Positions 40,655 through 52,200 of a stretch of DNA of 64,000 bases are shown here, piece after piece. Source of the stretch: Antedon mediterranea. Taxonomy: Eukaryota; Animalia; Echinodermata. The notes beneath the pieces are model-generated. The model made no database searches and had not been told where the DNA came from. It saw only the letters and a program-made list of their open reading frames with translations. The translations under genes and the position numbers were made by a program. Numbering within the stretch: position 1 is the stretch's first letter; every line of letters begins with the position of its first letter. Where the stretch lies: assembly GCF_964355755.1 (NCBI RefSeq), contig NC_092672.1, positions 6,510,001-6,574,000 of the forward strand, in the 5' to 3' direction.

Positions 40655-40907
40655 TAAATATTGTATTATTTTTAAATATTGTATTATTTTTAAATATTGT
40701 ATTATTTTTAAATATTGTATTATTTTTAAATATTGTATTATTTTTAAATATTGTATTATTTTTAAATATTGTATTATTTTTAAATATTGTATTATTTTTA
40801 AATATTGTATTATTTTTAAATATTGTATTATTTTTAAATATTGTATTATTTTTAAATATTGTATTATTTTTAAATATTGTATTATTTTTAAATATTGTAT
40901 TATTTTT
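40655..40907. repeat. Perfect 19-bp AT-rich minisatellite, about 13 copies
   Basis: (TAAATATTGTATTATTTTT)n. Confidence 0.97.
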
Positions 40908-43517
40908 TGCCCAAAAGTTCTATGTATTTTTTTTTATTTAAAGTTACTACTTTGCATTTTCTATTTCTGAAATAAGAAAAAAAAAAATCATATTTATGAA
41001 ATATTTGTTTAAACAAAGTTTATTTTATAAGTATTTGTTTTCTTTTAATATAAATATTTTATGTTGGTGTAGTCTGACCTTTTATTTAAAGTTTTTAAAA
41101 TGTTAATTCTGTTTTTAATGAATATTTTAAATCCGTTTTCATGACTTTCATTAGGCACGCTTAGGACCCTCCTTTACCACATAATATTTAATATTTTTTT
41201 AGGTATAATAATAATTAGTTTCAGCATGGCCTCCATGGTTCCAGACACATAAGAAATATGTTTCGAAAGCTTTTACAAACAGCCATATTACGATGGATGT
41301 TTTACAAATTTGTATATTTAATAAGGTTATACTTAGGCCTATACAGGTGTGATACATATGTTACACTGTTTTACGGAATTTGCCTATCTTACTGTGTAAA
41401 TTAAGTAGGAGTGTTTAAATAAAACAATAGACAAGATTTGCGAGTTCGCGGTGGACGATAATCACACCATTTATTCATCTACCTCGTTCTCTATTGTTCT
41501 TTTACATTGTTACGTTACCATAGTAACACTAACAATCATTGTTCAACACAAGCTTAATTTTGGTCCTTGTTAAAAAACCAAAACAAGTACTGTTGAACTT
41601 GTAGAGTGTGTTCGTTTCTCTTTTAATCGGAGATAAATTGGTAGGAATGAAAAAGCTGGCACAACCAGCAAACAAGTTCTTTATTTGTATTCATTATTAA
41701 CGTTACAGTACAAATGGTCTATATGTGTTCATTCATGAATAAAATAAAATGCAAAGTACTGTATAAAAGTGTTGTGTTTTCCCATGTTCCGCTACCTTAC
41801 GGGTCGTAACTCTGTTTCAATCAAACATCTATTTTACGTGATGTGGTTTAATCATGGAGGTTATACCTCCATGGTTGAATAGATATCTATGTAATTGTAC
41901 TTTTTCAAGTTAATCGAATTGTGACGCATACTTTATTTTAGAGGTGTTGTGTTGATCATCTTTAAACACCTCAACCCATCCCCCAAATTATGACATTAGA
42001 TTAAACCATCAGGACCCAACGAAGTGTCCCCTTAACCAGGCAATCTGAACTAAGCAAGGCCTAACCCGAGGTATCTGAAAATAATTATATTTCCCGGTCG
42101 TTCGCATCACAAGAAAGTGTCCCTTATTAAAGAGATACTTACTCTACTACTTTATACAAACATTAGAGAATACATAATGTTTTATTTATTTAAAATATTG
42201 CAAAAATATTTGCTTACTACATAAATATTGTTCAACAAGTTCGAGTAAAATAGTGGTGTGAAAATTGTTTGATCTCACCGTCATCTGACCTTCATCTTTG
42301 GCCTCCTCTAAAGAAGCATAAAATCTTCTTTTAAATATAGCCTAGGCCTAGGCCTATACTTAGCCATACTTACTTGATATAAGTATAGCAAATGTAAATA
42401 AGAATCGATATTTCGTATTTCAAAATTTATTTGAAAAGTAAGTGCAGTTTTATTTCGTTTGAATGTAGGCCAGAGCAATTTAAAATCACTGTTCACAGTT
42501 GGAAGAATTTAATAATTCTGACTTCACAACGCTTGGATTTTGTTTTCGTTTGTTTTTTTCGAATGTATATTGTGACGTAACAATGGGAAAAACGTTCTAT
42601 TTTGCGCGCACCTTTTGCGTGCGCGTATAGAGAGCGATACAATGATGAGATCATCAAAGCGTCACTCCGCAAATGTTTTTAGATTTTTAATTGATATAAT
42701 TACATGTGAGTATATTGTTGTGATGATAAAATTAGTAGAAAATTTAAAATTATATACTAAAAACTGAAATTACATTTTCGTTATATATGATGACGAAATA
42801 GGAAAGTTTATTATCTCTGTTGAGTCAAATGATAAATGAATTGAATTGTGGACCACATATCCTAAATTTATCATAGATGTACTGTAATTCTGAATTTAGA
42901 GAGACAATGGATGTGAGTGAGTTATAGAATTCCCCTTAATTTATTTTGGCCAAGCGAAATCGGACCTTTATTTTAACAAAAATAAAGAGCAAAAGCACAA
43001 ATGGTATATATTCAATACATTAATTGTTTGTGTAATGAAACCGAGATGTATAATTTATAATGTACTTTTGTTTGTTTATTACACATATATGAACCAAAAT
43101 TAATAATTTGGAAAGAATTCACTTATAATGGTGATAATAAACCGGTTATTTTGAAGAAACAAAATAAATGTATAAAAAAAACAGGTCAAAAAATACTTTT
43201 TATCACTATATGCTGATTAAAACCTTGTTTATGGGAAATGACTGTTTTATCTAAGTTATTATACTTACTTATTATATTGTTCATATGTAAAAGGGTCCTA
43301 CAAAAAAAAACACGATTATTGCAGGATCCTTGTTGTATTGCACTTATGATGTGATTGATGACTAAATGAATGTGGAATAAATAAAATGAAATAAAAGAAA
43401 TGAAGTTCACAATGACCGTTTTGTTCTTTTTGTCACAAATTGCCCACCATATTTGAGCTACGTCACACAAGGTCAATTTTCTGGCAACTCTTTTTCTACG
43501 TGGCTCAAAAACTCAAA

Positions 43518-45593
43518 ATGGAGACAATTCTTTCGCTTCCATTCACTGTTTTAGAATGTCCTCATCTTCGTTTGAAGAAGCCATCGTGGCTAAAATCACC
43601 CGGAGCAATGACAGTTTATGCAATTGTATTAGGCTCATACTTTTTAGTTACTGGAGGTTTGTATAAACTTGATGTAAATGTCATTTTAGCTAGGCCTAAT
43701 TATGCCAATCCATATGCATTCACGTACGTATTGCTATGCACACGACTCAAGTATGCTCACCCCGCCATATGGCTCATAAAGAAGTTTGCTTACTGAAGGG
43801 CCTAGAATTCTAAATTACAATTTTGTCAAAATCTTACTGTTTATTTTGATAACAATTAGTTTTAGGACACCATATATCGCAATGATAGCGCACACATAGC
43901 AAATTATTGATTTATTAATAATCATAATGCCTAGAGTATAATAATAATAAATATTTAGGCTAGGCCTTACTTTACTTAGTTAGGCCTAGGCCTAGCCTTA
44001 GGTTAACATACAAGTTACTATACTAACTAATAGAAGTCAAGTATTAAAGTAGCCCTACTTACTACTATTCTAGGCTATATATAGGCCCTATATTAACTTT
44101 TTTTTTACCACAAAAGGACAGTTAGGGTGCGTCATTAAAAAGTCAACTTTTTTTATTACTATTAATTATTCTCTGGTTTATTTTCAGGACTCATCTATGA
44201 TGTAATTGTTGAACCCCCAAGTGTTGGTTCAACCACTGATGAAAATGGCCACCAGAAACCAGTAAGTATTGGCTTATACACTAGCAATATATATAATTCT
44301 TTTTTATTGAAAAATGCTTTATAATACAATAATAATTTCAAGCTATGAACACAGCATTTTTACATCTAAGCTGGTAGAGGGGATTTAATCCTTTGTTAGA
44401 GCAACATTAAAATCACTTGCAATCGCATGTTTCACATGTCTTTTACCTTGATGTAAGACTTTAAAAACAAATGCTTTAGCACTGAAAGTGTCATTCAGTT
44501 ATAGGACAGAATAAATAAATTGATTACTTTAATGCTGTGTAGTATCTTTTGATATATTTATTTTGTTGAAATTAACTCACTCTTAATATTTATATTTTTG
44601 TCTTCCTACAGGTTGCCTTTATGCCATACAGAGTTAACGGCCAATATATTATGGAAGGACTGGCGTCTAGTTTTCTTTTTACAATTGGCGGTTTAGGGTT
44701 CGTCATTCTAGACAAGTCTAACATGCCTAACACTCCAAAACTGAATCGATTCCTGCTGCTCTTTGTTGGATTTGCTTGTATTTTAATTCCTTTCTTCATG
44801 ATGAGGGTGTTTATGAGAATGAAATTACCGTAAGTGGGATTTTTACTTTTATTCTAGAGCTCTGTCTACACTATCAAACTTTATGTGACAAAATAATGTG
44901 ATATGCCCATGACATGATGATGTGACTACTATATTTGGGCACATCATTCTTTTTATATCAAAGTCTTAGACTGAGTCTGCTAAGTCGACTCATAGTATTA
45001 TGGTGGTTTCGATTTGCGATGACTGATGTTGATCATTGTGTTATCGAACCTCACCAGGTTAAAAACTGTGACAAGAACCAAGGAAATGCGTCACAAATTC
45101 CCTGCATGCACACAATAATATTCTTTGGTCATCAGATGTTTCCTGCTGTACAGTACATACATACCCTAGACATACCTTGTCAGTGTTCTCCCAAAACTGG
45201 TTTTTCTAGGAAGATTTAATACCATAATAAATTGACTCCCTACTGATTAAAATGGTGTAAGAAACAAATATAACAAAAAATAAACACATTGTTGTCTAGT
45301 AGTGGTAGGCTACAGTAGGCCAATAAATTAAAAACAGATGATATACTATGGATGGCAGATAAGCAAAGATGCAAGTAATTGTAATCACAACTCGATGCTT
45401 GCAACCAGCTAGCTCAAAAGTCACAGAATATGATGTTCTATCCCAGTGTGTATAGCAAGACTATAAAGCCATGATACAGTGCCTTTGTACATCCATGGAG
45501 CTGTTTATAACTCCATGGTACATCCATCCATTAAAGCACATTCATTTTGATTTTAATTTTCTTTTTTCCATCAGGGGTTATCTGTCATCGTAA
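43518..45593 (+). CDS. OSTC: Oligosaccharyltransferase complex subunit OSTC/DC2, 149 aa
   Basis: Exons 43518-43656, 44188-44261, 44612-44829, 45575-45593 total 450 nt: [25 protein letters not shown]...[21 protein letters not shown]...[21 protein letters not shown]...[14 protein letters not shown]. Confidence 0.98.
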
Positions 45594-46469
45594 GCTGATT
45601 ATCTCTTGATTTTTTGTTTGCTCTCCTGTTTTCAACGGAGTAATCCTTCTTTCTGGACGAACATTCGCATAATTACTTAACCAAAAAAATGTAATGTTGA
45701 ACATTTTGTACTGATATGTTTATATAACAATAACAACTCGCTTTGTGAGTACTAGAGCGTATTTGCATTTCAGGTTTTAAGTTAGTTTGAAATAAATTTG
45801 CAATTGCAACATTATAATCCCAGAGAATTACTGTAGATGAATTTTATCAGGACTAGTAATATTACTGCAGTTACTGCAGTAACTACAGTACATATTTAAA
45901 ATTGATGATAAATATATGATTTCAATGTAGAGTATTATTAAGCAGACACTGTAACAAACAGTGTGTGAATTGATTACGCTAGGAAAAGTTTAAATGTAGA
46001 TACTGCAGTAACTGCAGCAGGTTAAAGTAATGTTAAGATGGTCCTTAAATTCATAGGTCTTGTATCTACTTATAATACTAATTAATTATTCCACAGTGAT
46101 AATAATAATAATAATTATTATTTTTGAACCAGTTTTTAAAAATTAACTGAATTAATTGAATAAATAATTAATATTATTATATTATTTCATGCCAGTCCAA
46201 AAAGAGGACCATTTAGAAATTAGTGGTTTTTTTATGCTTAGATCATCCCGAATAAGCATTAATATATTTCAAAATAATAATTTAGTGAACTTTTTGATTT
46301 TTAAATTAATTTTTCCTTAATTGCTATTGTCCTATACTTCATGTCTGTTTCAAAAAGAAATATAATAAACGACAAATAACTATTTCGTTTCTACTGTACT
46401 GTATTAAATATTTTGAGTGTTAAAAATACATTTTAGGTTTTCCCCCATCCAGCCCTAATGACAAAAAGG

Positions 46470-48650
46470 CCCAATTTTGCCAATATATTCACTTTTTAAA
46501 ATTCAATAATTATGCCATATATGCACATATATTGTGTTATCATCATCTTATAGAGCCATATTATTTAGTTATGTAAAAAAATAATAAAAAAGGGCGAAAT
46601 TTTGTCATTTTTTGAAAATTTTCCTGTACAGGGATTTTTCGACAAAAATATCCACTTTTTAAAATTCAATAATTATGCCATAATATTGCCATATATGCGC
46701 ATATATTGTGTTATCATCATCTTATAGAGCCATAGTAACTAGTTATGTCAAAAAATAAAAGGGTAAAAATTTGGTTATTTTTTGAAAATTTCCCTGTACT
46801 ATAGTACAGGGATTTTTTAGAAAACTGAGCAAAATATCCACTTTTTAAAATTCAATAATTATGCCATAATATTGCCATATATGCGCATATATTGTGTTAT
46901 CATCATCTTATAGAGCCATAGTAACTAGTTATGTCAAAAAATAAAAGGGTAAAAATTTGGTTATTTTTAGAAAATTTCCCTGTACTATAGTACAGGGATT
47001 TTTTAGAAAACTGAGCAAAATATCCACTTTTTAAAATTCAATAATTATGCCATAATATTGCCATATATGCGCATATATTGTGTTATCATCATCTTATAGA
47101 GCCATAGTCAATAAATAAAGGATAATTTCACTGTACTATACTGCCCCGTCATGAAAGAACGTCTCAACTGCATAAAGCAAAGTTTTTAGATAATCAACAA
47201 AACGTGTTCTTGTTTTAGCTCTTCAAGTGTGTAGATAATATTATTTTGATTAGCATAATAAACATGCGCTGAGACGAATAATGGGAACTGGTTACTATAG
47301 CACAATTAACATGAGCAGAACCCATTAGTCGACCCTGCGCATGTTTATTATGCTATAGTAACCATTTATGTCAAAACTGGTTACTATAGCACAATTGACA
47401 TGCGCAGAACCCATTAGTCGACTCTGCGCATGTTTATTATACTATAGTAACCATTTATGTCAAAAGTAACCACTTTTGACGTAAATGGTTACTATTGCAT
47501 AATAAACATGCGCAGAGTCGAATAATGGGTTCTGCGCATGTCAATTGTGCTATAGTAACCATTTATGTCAAATATGGTTACTGTAGCACAATTGACATGC
47601 GCAGAACCCATTATTCGTCTCTGCGGATGTTTATTATGCAATAGTAACCATTTATGTCAAAAAATAAAAGGGTCGAAAATCGGTCATTTTTCAAAAATTT
47701 CCATGTACTATAGTACAGGGATTTTTTCAAAAAAATGGCAAATTTTCGATAAAACTGGTTACTATAGCACAATTAAAATGCGCAGAACCCATTAGTCGAC
47801 CATGCGCATGTTTATTATGCTATAGTAACCTTTTATGTCAAAACTGGTTACTATAGCACAATTGACATGCGCAGAACCCATTATTCAACATAAATGGTTA
47901 CTATTGCATAATAAACATGCGCAGAGTCGAATAATGGGTTCTGCGCATGTACTATTGTGCTATCATAACCATATTTGACATAAATGCTTACTATAGCACA
48001 ATTGACATGCGCAGAACCCATTAGTCGACTCTGCGCATGTTGTGCTATAGTAACCAGTTTTATCAAAAAATAAAAAGGTCGAAAATTGGCCATTTTTCAA
48101 AAAATTGCCAAAATATCCACTTTTTAAAATTCAATAATTATGCCATAATGTGCATATATTGTGTTATCATCATCTTATAGAGCCATATTAACTTTTTTTG
48201 TAAAAAATAAAGGGCAAAATTTTTCCATTTTCCGAAAATTTTCCTGTACTATAGTACAGTGATTTTTTTCAAAAAATAATCCAGTTTTTAAAATTCAATA
48301 ACTCTGCCATAATATTGCCATATATGCGCATAATTATATTGTGTTATTATCATCTTATAGAGCCATAGTAACTAGTTATGTAAAAAAAATACTAATAGTA
48401 CAGGGATTTTTTTCAAAAAAATGGCCAAAATATCTACTTTTTAAAATTCAATAATTATGCGATAATATATACATATATGCTCATATATTGTGTTATCATT
48501 ACCTTATAGGGTCATAGTCACTATTTATGTAAAAACTAAAAAAATAAAAGGGTCGAAATTTGGCCATTTTCCTATTTTTTTCCCTGTACTAAGATTCCCT
48601 TTTTTTAAAATTACGGCATATACGAGTACAAGGATTTTTACAAAAATGAC
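46470..48650. repeat. Complex satellite: about 186-bp tandem units with a central array of ~85-bp hairpin units (47240-48060)
   Basis: TATCCACTTTTTAAAATTCAATAATTATGCCA at 46649, 46835 and 47021 (period 186), resuming near 48114, 48278 and 48431. The centre repeats GGTTACTATAGCA..ACATGCGCAGA..TCTGCGCATGT..TGCTATAGTAACC. Confidence 0.9.
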
Positions 48651-49247
48651 AGAGCACTATATTTTGACAAAACTTCCTCTTAATGACACTATGGTATACA
48701 TAAGAATATAAGTATTATACAGTATTCAATATACAAATGAAATTGTCTAAAAATGAGAAACTAACTAGTATATAAATTGTCTTTGAAAAGCAGAAACATA
48801 TATCACTTTCAACATTAACTTTTTCCTTTTTTTTCCTGTTGATTGTTCAGCCCTTCATTTTGCGCTATATTATCAAACATTATTATAATTATTATAACTG
48901 CTACACAACAGATAGATAATAAATATTAAAGATGTATTGCCCCCGAAAACATGAAAAGATGAAAAAATTGAATAGGTTACTCAGAAAAATTTTTAACCAC
49001 AAAGCTGTTTAAAATAATGTGCTTCCAGTCTTCCCTATTAAATACTTTTTTCAGGTACCGTAAATATTTTTTTAGATAACATTTTCGGTCAAAGTGACAT
49101 TAAAATGGAATATTCCATAAACAATTGGGGGTGGTCAATGTATCTATTTAGGTCATCCATTTTAACTTTAAGGTTATTATGAAAAGTGAGCATGTTTGAT
49201 AAGTCTGACCCTCACGTGTGTTTAGCAAGTGGCCTTTCGCCAACATA

Positions 49248-52200
49248 TTAATCTGTGTTTAGCACCAGGCAAACTCCCTGCAATATCCAGTGTGACGTAT
49301 GCTCGGATGTAGCTAAATCTGCTTCAAACACCAGGCCAACACCCATAGCATTACGTCGCTGTGATGTTGTATACACTGGTGTTCTAAATGTATTCTGGAA
49401 AATAATAAAATTAAAGTGGTAACCGTGACAATATGGACTATAAATTGTGAAAATTATCTGTGATATTCAAATAAACCTAAAACACATTGATCCACAATAT
49501 ATACTGTAATACACACACACACACACATAGACAGATAACTTTAGATAGCTATCAGATTGCTACGATAGAGCTTTTTACTTTGTTGCGTACCTGTAGTTTA
49601 AGTCTATGAGCTTCAATCGGGATAACTTTCAGTATTGGAAGTTGCTCAATCAGCTGCTTAGGATGAGGGCGCTGTAAGCAACTATCCTCTCGATTCCATG
49701 CGGCACCCTCTAGATAAAGCCCTGACACAAAGCACCCTAAAAAATTAAGATTCAGTATTGTCAGAATAGAATAGTGGTTGTCTGCCTCTGTTCACTGGTA
49801 AGAAATACCAATGAGAGATGCACACAAGTTAGCTGTGGCTGACCAATTAATAATGTGATATGTATGAGTGCACAATAGAATGTAGAATACATTAAAAAAA
49901 TAGTATGAAGAATTTATCAAACAACTATAACTATTTACACCATTTGGTGTAACTTACCAGAATGAGCACGCTCGCTGACCTCATCAGGGGTCATGTATTG
50001 TGTAACATTAGTATAGAGCGTTGATCTATCCAGAGGCCATCCATTCTTACGACAGGTTGCCTGTACTAAGGCAGTTAAGTATGACTCAGGTATGTGAAGT
50101 CCACTCAACCACATCACAGCTGGTTCACTCTCATTCACCTTGAGAAGAGAGAAAAACAAAGAATATTTAGTTTATATTCAGGCATGAAACTTTCACTCAA
50201 TTATGTGGGCTTTGGCAAAACTGAATAGACGGTAAACAAAATTCCTTGCAGAAATACAGTCTCCACCTAATAGTCCTAACTCCTGGTTCCTCTTTTCTTA
50301 AAACTTTTTACATAAATAAATGAAATATTGGTCTTTCCAAAGTAATATCAAACACAAAAATACTGTATGTACCCATGTTGTATACTGTGCAAATCGACGT
50401 TGGAAATGCACCATCCAGTTACCAAGAGACTTGAGCGTATCAGGGGCGAGCTGCCTCCATATACCTGGAATCTGACCATTGTAAAGAGATCGTGATACAT
50501 TGTCCAAAACGTTGCTCATACCAACTTCTCCTTTTAAGGCCTAGAAAAATAAATCCCCAAATAAAATAAATGATATTAGCAGTAACAAAAACAAGAGCTA
50601 AAAGGAAAGTACAGAGAAAAGACAACAATCTATTATTATCAATTATAGCCAAACAATATTAAAGTCACAGCCTAACTATAATCTGTAGTCACCAATAAAA
50701 AAGAAACAACAAATTGCAATTACCCTTTGTAATTCAATGAGAGATTTTGACATCCTCAAGATGAGTCTATTAAAACGTTCTAACTCTTGTAAAAGAACGA
50801 CAGTTGTTGGTGAGATTTCAACGCCAAATTTCTTGCGTAACTTGTCCAAGTCAAATTGTTGAGGCAGTTTGTTCTGAATGTCCGATGCAATACCAGCAAT
50901 AAAGTCCTCTCGACTGATACCGGTTCCAGACTCGCCTGATAAAGAATATAACATTATTGCAATTAAAAAGAAATAAGAAATGTGTTCTTTAATGCTTTTT
51001 GTTTGATTGTTGTAGACTCACCTGTCTGTGGTTGCAGCTCAACCAGTTGTGACCACATGTCTCTAGCGGCGTTAGTATAGTAATTAATCTCTGCGTTGGG
51101 ATGCAGTCCAAATACTTCTGGAGTGTTAGCCAGTGGAAGTTCCTCGATTGCCACTGTAAAAGGAATTCACAAAAATAATTTTGGGTACCGGATTGTCTTT
51201 AATGTGTTAATATTTGCAACATGCTGAAATCCTTCTAGTTTTTATAATAATAAAATTTATTCGGTCACTAATGAAAAATAACCAGGAGTGAGAATAGGCA
51301 AAGTCCAAACCGGTTCTGCACTCACTCAATAACAACATGTAGTAGTATACCAATACTTAGTGTTTGAGTTTGGGCACTGCAAACCATATCTACAGTATTA
51401 CCACAGATTCAAGGCACTCCTTGGTCATAGTACAAAACAAGTCTTCTCAAATAATAAGGTCCACGTGAACTCCATGTGTCACTCTCATAAAATTACAGAG
51501 CATATTACTTACATGTGTAATTATCTTTTGGTCCAAGTTCTGGAATGTGATAATCAACTTCATCATTGTAATAGAAATGGAATGGTTGGAATGTGTCAAA
51601 GATGAAGTCACCCATATACTCATCCATGTAAGTGTTCAGGATTCGACGATCAAAGTTGTCAATGGCACGTCCACCGTACATGACCTAGTAAAACAGAAAC
51701 ACTGTAATTTAATAACTGCTTTAGTTTTACCATCATTGGTGTGTCTGGATGTATAACCTTTCGATATTCTCGACAATACTATTCTTTTTTGTATGATTTT
51801 GGGAGTACTATAGATAGATAGATGTAATGACATGAAAATGATAAATAATGTATTGATTAATCTTACCTCTCCAATCAAGTACTTAAGACTGTTCCATGGT
51901 ATCTTGGTCTCGCCTTGCTCAAAAGCTTTTGTCAGATACGTATTCAAAATCTCATGGCAGACACGGAAGTCAGACTCATTGAAATCATAAGGAACGTTCC
52001 ATCCAATCTTACCGTACTTGCGTCTCTCCTGCACCACAGCATGGAAGAACGCCAGCACAAAGATTAATGGCTTGAATGATGAGTGAGGGCAACTTTCTAA
52101 TGCATTTGCAGAAATTTTATGGTAGGTGCTTCTGAGATTCAGTTTAAGACCGTTGGGTGGTTCAGTCACAACCTTGAGAGATCTCTGGAGGATACCGATT

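Noticed and set aside
47240-48060. CRISPR-like or REP-like reading of the hairpin array
   Set aside because: Eukaryotic context, no unique spacers, units in both orientations and no cas genes. It is a satellite or TE-type repeat.
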